Positions 8,038 through 15,459 of a stretch of DNA of 22,290 nucleotides are shown piece after piece. This DNA comes from a virus (taxonomy: Duplodnaviria > Heunggongvirae > Uroviricota > Caudoviricetes), in the IMG/VR virus record IMGVR_UViG_2675903562_000009. The stretch is one strand, 5' to 3'. A program made the position numbers and the translations under genes. The first letter of the stretch is position 1. Every line of letters starts with the position of its first letter. Below the pieces are notes generated by a model, which was given only the letters and a program-made list of their open reading frames with translations, searched no databases and was not told the origin of the DNA.

Positions 8038-8460
8038 ATGGCAAAAGTTTTTACACAAGAAGAGCGAGAAAAAATTAAAGGGCAGGTTGTTGAACTCGTA
8101 CGCCAGAGTGGGCGTGAGACGTTACGGCAACTGGAAGTCAAGACAGGTGCGACAAGATATCTGATGAGCGTTCTCGCAAGAGAGCTGGTTGCCAGCGGCG
8201 ATGTATACAACTCTGGTTACGGGTTATTCCCGTCTGAACAGGCGCGTAAGGACTGGCAAAATGCCCGTAAAAAACTATCAAGGGCAAAGGTGAAGAAACC
8301 GGTTGTGGTTGATCCTGACCTTATCTGGTCATTACCCGACGGAGAAATACGTCGTTACGACAGGCGTCTGAACATAATCTGTCGCGAGTGCCGGAAGAGT
8401 GAGGTTATGCAGCGAGTGCTGGCGTTTTATCAGGGTAATTTTCAGGAGGTGATGGCGTGA
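8038..8460 (+). CDS. Hypothetical phage protein (140 aa)
   Basis: Track ORF 7972..8460 trimmed to ATG 8038, which follows a GGGGAGGG SD. Confidence 0.6.
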   Translation: MAKVFTQEEREKIKGQVVELVRQSGRETLRQLEVKTGATRYLMSVLARELVASGDVYNSGYGLFPSEQARKDWQNARKKLSRAKVKKPVVVDPDLIWSLPDGEIRRYDRRLNIICRECRKSEVMQRVLAFYQGNFQEVMA

Positions 8461-8870
8461 GGGTGAGGGTTTATATCGCTGGTCCGATGACCGGGTATAA
8501 AAATTTCAACCGTGAGGCGTTCCACAAGGCGGAAGAGGAACTGAAACGGGAAGGGCATACAGTCTTGAACCCGGCAGTACTTCCGGACGGGCTGACACAG
8601 CCACACTACATGGATATCTGCATGGCGATGATTCGTTGCGTGGATGCGATTTACATGCTGCAAGGCTGGCAGCGGTCAGCAGGCGCTAAAGCGGAACTGG
8701 CTCTGGCGGAGAAGCTAGGGCATGTGGTTGTTTTTCAGAGGGGGCGATATGCCGATTCTCTGGTTTCAGGAGGTGTGGGAAAAAGAAATGTGGGAAGGTC
8801 TTGTGATTGTGGCCGAAACAGTTCTTTTATTATGGTCTGTGATTGCGTGTATTTTTATGATTTATTGTGA
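8457..8870 (+). CDS. DUF4406-like protein (nucleoside 2-deoxyribosyltransferase-like fold)
   Basis: GTG start overlapping the upstream stop (GTGA) with AGGAGG 6 nt upstream; N-terminal YIAGPMTG...NF pattern typical of this family; the Cys-rich C-terminal tail is atypical. Confidence 0.55.
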   Translation: MRVRVYIAGPMTGYKNFNREAFHKAEEELKREGHTVLNPAVLPDGLTQPHYMDICMAMIRCVDAIYMLQGWQRSAGAKAELALAEKLGHVVVFQRGRYADSLVSGGVGKRNVGRSCDCGRNSSFIMVCDCVYFYDLL

Positions 8871-8902
8871 ATGATGTGAATCTCGCGGTGGCCACTGAAT
8901 TG

Positions 8903-8943
8903 CAACCATTACCCCCTGTGATGTAATTGTGGGGTAATGGTTG
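8903..8943. repeat. Perfect 13-bp inverted repeat (CAACCATTACCCC / GGGGTAATGGTTG) with 15-nt spacer
   Basis: Read directly from the sequence, in the 5' leader of the 8978 gene; no T-tract follows, so it is not a classical terminator. Confidence 0.6.
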
Positions 8944-8977
8944 CGCAGGCATAGCGACAGGACTGGATGAGAAAAAT

Positions 8978-9400
8978 ATGACGAAATTTACCAGAGAGCA
9001 ATTGATTGCTCATGCTAATGAAAGTGTGAAATCCATGAAATTTGCTGCGCGACAGACCGTGTTTAAGACTTCAAGAGTTGCCATTGAAATGGATCTTGCG
9101 CTTGCCCGTATTGCGCTTGCCTCACTTGAAGCAATGCCAGTTGCATGGTCCTGTGCTCACAATATGGTTTTGTTCAATGCTGAATCTGTTGCGGCATACG
9201 CAAAACACTCAGCCATTGCGCCAAAACCCCTGTACGCTGCGCAACCGGCATCACTTTCACATGAGGAAGAGTTGACAATGCTGGTTAAACAATTGGTAAG
9301 TCAGTTGAAAAAAGCGAAACCAGATTGCAAATTACCGGATATGGCGATGGGGTATCTGGAGCGGAATGGGCTGATAAGCGCGGAGGATGTTTTACGATGA
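8978..9400 (+). CDS. Hypothetical phage protein (140 aa)
   Basis: Track ORF 8927..9400 trimmed to the ATG at 8978 (MTKFTREQLIAH...). Confidence 0.55.
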   Translation: MTKFTREQLIAHANESVKSMKFAARQTVFKTSRVAIEMDLALARIALASLEAMPVAWSCAHNMVLFNAESVAAYAKHSAIAPKPLYAAQPASLSHEEELTMLVKQLVSQLKKAKPDCKLPDMAMGYLERNGLISAEDVLR

Positions 9401-9480
9401 CCTGGCCGGAGGCATTCACAACGACAGGAATTGCAATGGCGGCAGCACTTGTTGTGTATTCGATTTGCCGCTGGGGATAA
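9397..9480 (+). CDS. Candidate 27-aa single-pass membrane peptide
   Basis: ATG overlaps the upstream stop (ATGA) and has a GGAGGA SD 9 nt upstream; encodes MTWPEAFTTTGIAMAAALVVYSICRWG. Below the ORF-track size cut-off. Confidence 0.35.
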   Translation: MTWPEAFTTTGIAMAAALVVYSICRWG

Positions 9481-9691
9481 AAACGGTTTGCAGTGAAAGG
9501 GGAGTTAAGTAGAATTGCTGCGGGTGCTTGAGGCTATCTGCCTCAGGCATGAACACCAAAAGGCAGATAGAGAAAAGCCCCAGTTAACATTACGCGTCCT
9601 GCAAGACGCTTAACATTAATCTGAGGCTCAATCTATGTCTCACAAATGTAGGTTAGCCTCTTACGTGCCGAAAGGCAAGGAGAAGCAGGCT

Positions 9692-9847
9692 ATGAAGCAG
9701 CAAAAGGCGATGTTAATCGCCCTTATCGTCATCTGTTTAACCGTCATAGTGACGGCACTGGTAACGAGGAAAGACCTCTGCGAGGTACGAATCCGAACCG
9801 GCCAGACGGAGGTCGCTGTCTTCACAGCTTACGAACCTGAGGAGTAA
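9692..9847 (+). CDS. hok: Hok/Gef-family type I toxin (51 aa) with in-frame upstream extension from 9635
   Basis: MKQQKAMLIALIVICLTVIVTALVTRKDLCEVRIRTGQTEVAVFTAYEPEE is near-identical in pattern to Gef/HokC as remembered; AAGGAGAAG SD; structured leader upstream and a 3' hairpin (GCGAGGG...CCCTCGC at 9856-9877) typical of hok mRNAs. Confidence 0.8.
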   Translation: MKQQKAMLIALIVICLTVIVTALVTRKDLCEVRIRTGQTEVAVFTAYEPEE

Positions 9848-9915
9848 GAGACCAGGCGAGGGAGAAATCCCTCGCCACCTCTGATGTGTCAGGCATCCTC
9901 AACGCACCCGCACTT

Positions 9916-9937
9916 AACCCGCTTCGGCGGGTTTTTC
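9916..9937 (+). terminator. Rho-independent terminator after hok
   Basis: AACCCGC-TTCG-GCGGGTT followed by TTTTT. Confidence 0.7.
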
Positions 9938-10062
9938 GTCGCATAATGAGGTTGTAATTTTAGCTACCATTAGACTATCCTAAGGATCTCAAACAGATCT
10001 ATTTTGCATCAAATTTGGTGCATGGCTTTGCCAATAATCGGAAAACAAAAGGACTCATTAGT

Positions 10063-10242
10063 ATGAGCTGCCCACTCAAAAAACACACGCGGTTGAGTAT
10101 TCCGCCTCGCGATAAAAGCGTTGTGGCAGTCCCTCGCCCAGCGATTGATGAAAACTGCGCACATCGTGAACAAGTGAAAAATGCTTTTGATTTCGGTTTT
10201 TCTCGTTATGAGAAAGCCATGGAAGAACTTTCAAAAGTGTAA
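10063..10242 (+). CDS. Small ORF (59 aa) upstream of the Doc-like toxin; candidate antitoxin
   Basis: AAGGA SD 9 nt upstream of ATG 10063; ends 18 nt before the Doc-like start; sequence not recognisably Phd/YefM-like. Confidence 0.45.
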   Translation: MSCPLKKHTRLSIPPRDKSVVAVPRPAIDENCAHREQVKNAFDFGFSRYEKAMEELSKV

Positions 10243-10260
10243 TGATGGGTATTGTGCTCT

Positions 10261-10746
10261 ATGGCTGAGATTGTTGAAGGAGTGCATTACCTTACGGTTG
10301 ATGATCTTGTTGAAATCAATCGTTCCCTAATTGAATTACAGACGCCAGATGAGCCCGTTGGTGTTCTGAGTCCAGATAACTTAAGTTCTTCTCAGGCCCG
10401 TCCCAGCATGGTTCGATGGTATGAACAGACTAATGACATGTTTGTACTGGCATCGGTATTGATTGAAAGTCTGATTCAGAATCATCCGTTTGCTAATGCG
10501 AACAAACGAACAGCTATGATGGCTGGTTACGTCTTCTTGTTGTTGAATGGCTATGAGTTAACAGCACCAGGCGATGAAATCGTGGAAATGGCAGAGGGAC
10601 TGGCCTGCAAAACCTATACTCGAGAAGATCTCGAGAACTGGTTGTGTTATTGGTCTCGCGCGTATGACAGCCGGGAATTATGTAAAACAGGCGCAACTAT
10701 TGTTTTGTATGAAACTATCAAGCTTAAAATAGAACAGCAAAACTAA
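10261..10746 (+). CDS. Doc/Fic-family toxin-like protein
   Basis: Contains HPFANANKRTA, matching the Doc-type variant of the Fic motif (HxFx[D/N][A/G]NKR); size is appropriate for a Fic/Doc family member. The track start is a TTG at 10252; the ATG at 10261 is preferred. Confidence 0.7.
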   Translation: MAEIVEGVHYLTVDDLVEINRSLIELQTPDEPVGVLSPDNLSSSQARPSMVRWYEQTNDMFVLASVLIESLIQNHPFANANKRTAMMAGYVFLLLNGYELTAPGDEIVEMAEGLACKTYTREDLENWLCYWSRAYDSRELCKTGATIVLYETIKLKIEQQN

Positions 10747-10760
10747 AGGTGCTTCCAATG

Positions 10761-10789
10761 AAAACCCGCTTCGGCGGGTTTTGTTTTTT
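10761..10789 (+). terminator. Rho-independent terminator after the Doc-like gene (possibly bidirectional)
   Basis: AAAACCCGC-TTCG-GCGGGTTTT followed by GTTTTTT; same stem-loop sequence as the terminator at 9916. Confidence 0.7.
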
Positions 10790-10861
10790 CCTGGCATTCT
10801 GGTTTACAATTCGCACGCCAGCCTGAACAACTGGCACCTGCTGCGCCAGCAGAGACAACCG

Positions 10862-11134
10862 ATGGCGCACAAAAACAAATTTCACAATTCTGATACCGAC
10901 CTTGCCATCCGGCACGGGCGGCGTTCACACGCATTTAAAACCGACTGGTACCAACACCCACCATGTACTGAAGAACAGGCCGAATGGCTAATTCATAACT
11001 ACCGCAGGCGCGGATACGAGGTTAAGAAAGCCCTCAGCCTCGATTATCGTCACTGGATAATCTATGTCAGGCTCCCTTATTCCGAACGCCCACCGCGTCC
11101 GTCCCGCACATTCCAGCAACGCATCTGGAGGTAA
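10862..11134 (+). CDS. Hypothetical protein (90 aa)
   Basis: Track ORF 10781..11134 trimmed to ATG 10862, because the longer form would begin inside the terminator. Weak SD; its stop immediately precedes the SD and GTG start of the next gene. Confidence 0.4.
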   Translation: MAHKNKFHNSDTDLAIRHGRRSHAFKTDWYQHPPCTEEQAEWLIHNYRRRGYEVKKALSLDYRHWIIYVRLPYSERPPRPSRTFQQRIWR

Positions 11135-11135
11135 C

Positions 11136-12185
11136 GTGCGGGTATTACTTCGACCTGTTCCGGTACCGGAACTTGGGCTGGTGGTGCTAAAACCGGGCCG
11201 TGAATCCATGCAGGTATTTCATAACCCTCGAGTTCTGGTGGAGCCGGAACCGAAAAGCATGCATGGTCTGCCGTCCGGAGTCGTTCCTGCTGTTCGCCAG
11301 CCGCTGGCGGAGGATAAATCATTACTGCCATTTTTCAGCGATGAGCGGGTGATTCGTGCTGCTGGTGGTGCTGGTGCATTGTCTGACTGGCTGTTACGCC
11401 ACGTTAAATCCTGCCAGTGGCCTCATGGTGACTATCATCACAGTGAAACCGTTATTCACCGTTATGGTACTGGCGCAATGGTGTTGTGCTGGTACTGCGA
11501 CAACCAGCTGCGTGACCAGACTTCTGAATCACTCGGGCAGCTTGCTCACCAAAACCTGTCAGCATGGATGATTGATGTCATCCGCCACGCAATGAATGGC
11601 ACGCAGGAGCGGGAATTATCGCTGGCTGAATTATCCTGGTGGGCGGTCTGCAATCAGGTGGCGGACGCGCTACCAGAGGCAGCATTACGTCGTTCTCTGG
11701 GGTTACGTGCGGAAAAAATTCGCTCAGTATACCGCGAGAGCGACATCGTGCCGGGAGAGCAGACCGCCACCAGCATGCTGAAGCAGCGCACAAAAAATCT
11801 TGCGCCGCTGCCTCACGCCCACCAGCAACAGAACCCACCACAGGAAAAGACGGTGGTCAGCATTGCCGTTGATCCTGAGTCTCCGGAATCTTTCATGAAA
11901 CGACCTAAACGTCGCCGCTGGGTTAACGAGAAATACACACGCTGGGTGAAGACACAGCCGTGTGCGTGTTGTGGTAAGCCAGCCGACGATCCCCATCACC
12001 TGATTGGTCATGGTCAGGGCGGAATGGGGACAAAATCTCACGATATTTTCACGCTACCGCTGTGTCGGGGGCATCACAACGAGCTTCATGCGGATCCGCT
12101 GGCGTTCGAAGAAAAGCATGGTTCTCAGGTTGATTTAATTTTTCGTTTTCTTGATCACGCCTTTGCAACTGGCGTGCTTGGGTAA
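11136..12185 (+). CDS. DUF968-family protein with HNH-like Cys/His-rich C-terminus
   Basis: GTG start 3 nt after a GGAGGT SD and directly after the upstream stop; C-terminus PCACCGKPADDPHHLIGHGQGG...LPLCRGHHNELH. Confidence 0.7.
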   Translation: MRVLLRPVPVPELGLVVLKPGRESMQVFHNPRVLVEPEPKSMHGLPSGVVPAVRQPLAEDKSLLPFFSDERVIRAAGGAGALSDWLLRHVKSCQWPHGDYHHSETVIHRYGTGAMVLCWYCDNQLRDQTSESLGQLAHQNLSAWMIDVIRHAMNGTQERELSLAELSWWAVCNQVADALPEAALRRSLGLRAEKIRSVYRESDIVPGEQTATSMLKQRTKNLAPLPHAHQQQNPPQEKTVVSIAVDPESPESFMKRPKRRRWVNEKYTRWVKTQPCACCGKPADDPHHLIGHGQGGMGTKSHDIFTLPLCRGHHNELHADPLAFEEKHGSQVDLIFRFLDHAFATGVLG

Positions 12186-12197
12186 AAGAGGTGACTG

Positions 12198-12557
12198 ATG
12201 CTCATAGATTTGGTTTTACCTTACCCGCCGACGGTGAACACTTACTGGCGACGCCGTGGCAGCACATATTTTATCTCGGAGGAGGGAAAGCGTTATCGCC
12301 GGGCTGTGGCGCTTATTGTTCGCCAGCAGCGGCTGAAATTAAACCTGTCCGGAAGGCTGGCGATAAAGGTGATTGCAGAGCCACCGGATAAACGTCGTCG
12401 TGACCTGGACAATATCCTGAAAGCACCACTGGATGCACTGACACATGCGGGGTTGCTTATCGACGACGAGCAGTTTGATGAAATTAATATTGTGCGCGGT
12501 CAGCTTGTTCCTGGTGGGCGGTTGGGGATAAAAATCACAGAACTGGAGTGCGCATGA
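12198..12557 (+). CDS. rusA: RusA-family Holliday junction resolvase
   Basis: 119 aa; LPYPPTVNTYWRRRG N-terminus and the RRRDLDN...LIDDEQ acidic motifs characteristic of RusA. Confidence 0.85.
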   Translation: MLIDLVLPYPPTVNTYWRRRGSTYFISEEGKRYRRAVALIVRQQRLKLNLSGRLAIKVIAEPPDKRRRDLDNILKAPLDALTHAGLLIDDEQFDEINIVRGQLVPGGRLGIKITELECA

Positions 12558-13243
12558 ATAACCAGTATTTACAGTTTGTTCGTGAGCAACTCATGATTGC
12601 CACCGCCGATTTGAGTGGATCAACAAAAGGGCAGCTTGAAGCCTGGCAGGAGAATGCCATGTTCGATACAGGGCGTTACAGGCGAAAAAAAATCCGGTAC
12701 CGCGATGAAGTGACTGGAAAAATGATAACGCGGGATAATCCACCAATCCCGGGAAAGCAATCGCTGGCGAAAGGTTCATCAATTGCCCTGGTCAGTCCGG
12801 TTGAGTTTTCGACATCATCATGGCGACGCGCCGTTCTGTCTCTTGAAGAGCATCAGAAGGCGTGGGTGCTGTGGGTATACAGTGAAAATCCGAGTTGGGA
12901 TTATCAGGTGGTCATTGCGAAATGGGCGTGGGATAAGTTTCAGGTGCATTTTGGCACCAGAAAAATTACAGGGAAAACGCTTGAGCGTCTGAAGAAATTA
13001 ATCTGGCTGGCGGCGCAGGATGTCAGGGGGAGGATTACTGGGCGTGACGTCTACCAGCGACAGGAACTTGCCAGACTGTGTGGAGTTAAGCCTGACAACT
13101 GGAGCCATAATTATGCGAACTACTGGCGTGAGATGTGCGACATTTTTAAGAAACTCGATACAGAATCCTTGATTTGCACCGTGAAAATGAGATCGCAACA
13201 AAAAGCGACCTTTTCACGACGAGATATTGCAAAAGTCAATTAA
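12554..13243 (+). CDS. Candidate late-gene antiterminator (Q-like), assigned by position
   Basis: 229-aa ORF (ATG overlapping the rusA stop, GGAG SD); last gene of the nin-like region, immediately followed by a promoter-like element and a strong terminator, as for lambda Q/pR'/tR' and Qin ydfU-quuQ. No motif-level confirmation. Confidence 0.5.
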   Translation: MNNQYLQFVREQLMIATADLSGSTKGQLEAWQENAMFDTGRYRRKKIRYRDEVTGKMITRDNPPIPGKQSLAKGSSIALVSPVEFSTSSWRRAVLSLEEHQKAWVLWVYSENPSWDYQVVIAKWAWDKFQVHFGTRKITGKTLERLKKLIWLAAQDVRGRITGRDVYQRQELARLCGVKPDNWSHNYANYWREMCDIFKKLDTESLICTVKMRSQQKATFSRRDIAKVN

Positions 13244-13255
13244 ATCGCATACATT
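13227..13255 (+). promoter_or_regulatory. Candidate late promoter (pR'-like)
   Basis: TTGCAA (13227-13232), 17 bp, TACATT (13250-13255); would give a roughly 50-nt transcript ending at the terminator at 13291-13315. Confidence 0.3.
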
Positions 13256-13290
13256 TTATGTAAATGTGATATTTTGCCGTATAGTGTGTA

Positions 13291-13315
13291 AACCCGCTTA
13301 AATGCGGGTTTTTTG
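13291..13315 (+). terminator. Rho-independent terminator (tR'-like)
   Basis: AACCCGC-TTAAAT-GCGGGTT followed by TTTTTT. Confidence 0.75.
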
Positions 13316-13387
13316 CTTAACTCTGTGGACCTTTTTATCTGTAGTTGTAAGATATGGATATTCTTACAATTTAGGTCGGTGAGCTTA

Positions 13388-14152
13388 ATGGAAGAACAGC
13401 ACGGTAATTACTTTATAAAACGAATTCAGTTGATTGGAAGGGGTGCATTTGGCTTTGTTGAACACGTTAAGGTTTACAACCTCAACAAGGGTGAATGTGG
13501 GGATTATGCTAGAAAGGTTTTAGCCCCCGAAAAACCAGAGCTTTTGGCGCAAATAGAGCAGTTTAGAAGGCGTTTTAAAAGGGAGGTCGTGTATCAATCA
13601 CATTGCGTACATAGCAATATTGTTCCTATTTATTTGTGCGATTTGTTTGCCGAGAATCCATGGTTCATTATGGATAAAGCAGAATGTGATCTTGAGCACG
13701 AAATAACGAACAACCTTCTTACAACAGATCAAAAAATTTCAATAGTGAAAATGGTATTAGATGGTGTAGCTCACATCCATGCGAAAGGCTATTTACACAG
13801 AGATATAAAACCATTTAATGTCTTGCGATTTAGCGACGGAACATACAAGGTGTCTGATTTTGGTCTGGTAAAAGATACAAATCCCGAAGGGGATACCACT
13901 AAATTGACCGAGATCGGTACCCGTATGGGAAGTACAAGATATATGGCTCCCGAGATTTTATATAATGCCGAGTATTCAGTTAAGACTGATGTTTATGCGG
14001 TGGGGCGGTTAATTGAGGACTTAAATTTAGATGATAAAAAAATAAAGCCTATCATAGCGAAGTGTACCAGGATGGATAAAGATGATAGATATCAGACAAT
14101 AGATGATGTGGCGTTTGATTTTGTGCATTCTTTTTTAAGGAGTGAGTCATGA
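13388..14152 (+). CDS. Hanks-type (eukaryotic-like) Ser/Thr protein kinase
   Basis: 254 aa from ATG 13388. Gly-rich loop GRGAFGFV, lysine in YARKVL, catalytic loop HRDIKPFNVL, DFG (VSDFGLV) and APE (YMAPEIL) motifs all present; region is visibly AT-rich relative to neighbours (not computed). Confidence 0.85.
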   Translation: MEEQHGNYFIKRIQLIGRGAFGFVEHVKVYNLNKGECGDYARKVLAPEKPELLAQIEQFRRRFKREVVYQSHCVHSNIVPIYLCDLFAENPWFIMDKAECDLEHEITNNLLTTDQKISIVKMVLDGVAHIHAKGYLHRDIKPFNVLRFSDGTYKVSDFGLVKDTNPEGDTTKLTEIGTRMGSTRYMAPEILYNAEYSVKTDVYAVGRLIEDLNLDDKKIKPIIAKCTRMDKDDRYQTIDDVAFDFVHSFLRSES

Positions 14153-14892
14153 TTCAGCTGATAGCGACTTCATCATTCTCGTATCCAAAAGAACCAGGTA
14201 GGGTCAACGAAGATTCATTGCTTCCTCCCAAAATTGTAGGGGATGGCATCTTATTTGCCGTAGCTGATGGTGTAGGTTCATACACTGGTGCCAGTCAGGC
14301 TTCATCAATGGCAATTGCTGAACTTTCAGCATTGACAAGCTTATCTTTTGACACAGTTCCGGATGTATTTGATGAAGTTAAGCGAAAGGTTATGTCGTTA
14401 GCTGATGTTAATGATGAGTTCGATAAAGCTGCTACTACACTTACGTTTTGTTATGTTTGTGATAGCGGAATTATTATTGGTCATATTGGTGATTGTCGTT
14501 TGTATTGCATTGGAGAGAAGAAAGCATACCAATTGACGAAGGACGATACCAGGCATCAGATGCTAATTGATCAGAATATTTTTAAACCCAGAGATTTGAA
14601 GGATAAACCGGGCAAAAATATCTTAACGACGGCTATAGCCTCAAATGTTGATATGGAATACGACTGTGATTTTATCACATGGAAAGATTTACCTAGTATT
14701 AACGGGGTATATCATCTGTGTATCATGTCTGATGGGGTTCATAACGTTTGGGAAAAACGCCCCAGATTTACATCAAATACGATGAGTAATAGTCAGAAGT
14801 TTTCTAATGGCATTTTGCGTCGTATAGAGAGAGCCGGACCTGATGATGACTTTTCTTTAGTAAGTATAATGGTGCGTGTGACGTCAGATTAG
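14149..14892 (+). CDS. PP2C-family Ser/Thr protein phosphatase
   Basis: 247 aa; start overlaps the kinase stop (ATGA) with AAGGAG SD; metal-binding motifs VNEDS, AVADGVGS, GDCR and MSDGV typical of bacterial PP2C phosphatases. Confidence 0.85.
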   Translation: MIQLIATSSFSYPKEPGRVNEDSLLPPKIVGDGILFAVADGVGSYTGASQASSMAIAELSALTSLSFDTVPDVFDEVKRKVMSLADVNDEFDKAATTLTFCYVCDSGIIIGHIGDCRLYCIGEKKAYQLTKDDTRHQMLIDQNIFKPRDLKDKPGKNILTTAIASNVDMEYDCDFITWKDLPSINGVYHLCIMSDGVHNVWEKRPRFTSNTMSNSQKFSNGILRRIERAGPDDDFSLVSIMVRVTSD

Positions 14893-14967
14893 TTGTATAA
14901 ACTCAGTAGGGAATGCTAATTTCACATACAACATAGTTAAAGAAAACTTAATTTTAATGTAAAAAGG

Positions 14968-14996
14968 CTGCCCTCAGGCGGTCTTTTTATGCTCGA
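14968..14996 (+). terminator. Probable intrinsic terminator after the kinase-phosphatase operon
   Basis: Imperfect hairpin GGCTGCC-CTCA-GGCGGTC (one G-U pair, one mismatch) followed by TTTTTAT. Confidence 0.4.
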
Positions 14997-15110
14997 AAAT
15001 TGATGCAGTACGTTAAACGCGCTGGTGGTTGCGAATACCGGTCTTTCAGCTTGCTGGCTTTTTAGACAAGAGTTATTGGTATGTCACGTTAACCAGAAAA
15101 GGGAAAAAGA

Positions 15111-15309
15111 CATGCTAAAACAGCAGGATATGACCGAAACCGCCAGAGTGGTGTTTAATGAATTAAGCGTCACCGAACCGGCGACCGTCGGGGAAATTGC
15201 GCAGAATACTTACCTTTCACGCGAACGCTGCCAGTTAATCCTGACCCAGCTTGTTATGGCGGGTCTGGCAGATTATCAGTTCGGTTGTTACAGACGCCTT
15301 CTGCAGTGA
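15111..15309 (+). CDS. Small putative winged-helix DNA-binding protein (66 aa)
   Basis: Track ORF 15025..15309 trimmed to ATG 15111 (MLKQQDMTETARVVFNELSVTEPATVGEIAQNTYLSRERCQLILTQLVMAGLADY); lies upstream of the methyltransferase. Confidence 0.55.
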
Positions 15310-15459
15310 AGGCTTTTTAATTTGTGGTAATGGGCGGCTGGTGGGTGTTAGCGGCACCTGCCAGCCATCTGCTCATGCGTTGGGGTCACAAGCAAACCTC
15401 AGGCCCATCTGCTTTGCGCAAAAGCAGTATGAGCCTATCAGAGAAGTGCTTATTGATCT

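Noticed and set aside
11064-11135. Upstream ATG start (11064) for the DUF968 gene
   Set aside because: It would overlap the preceding ORF by 70 nt; the GTG at 11136 sits 3 nt after a GGAGGT SD and directly after the upstream stop.
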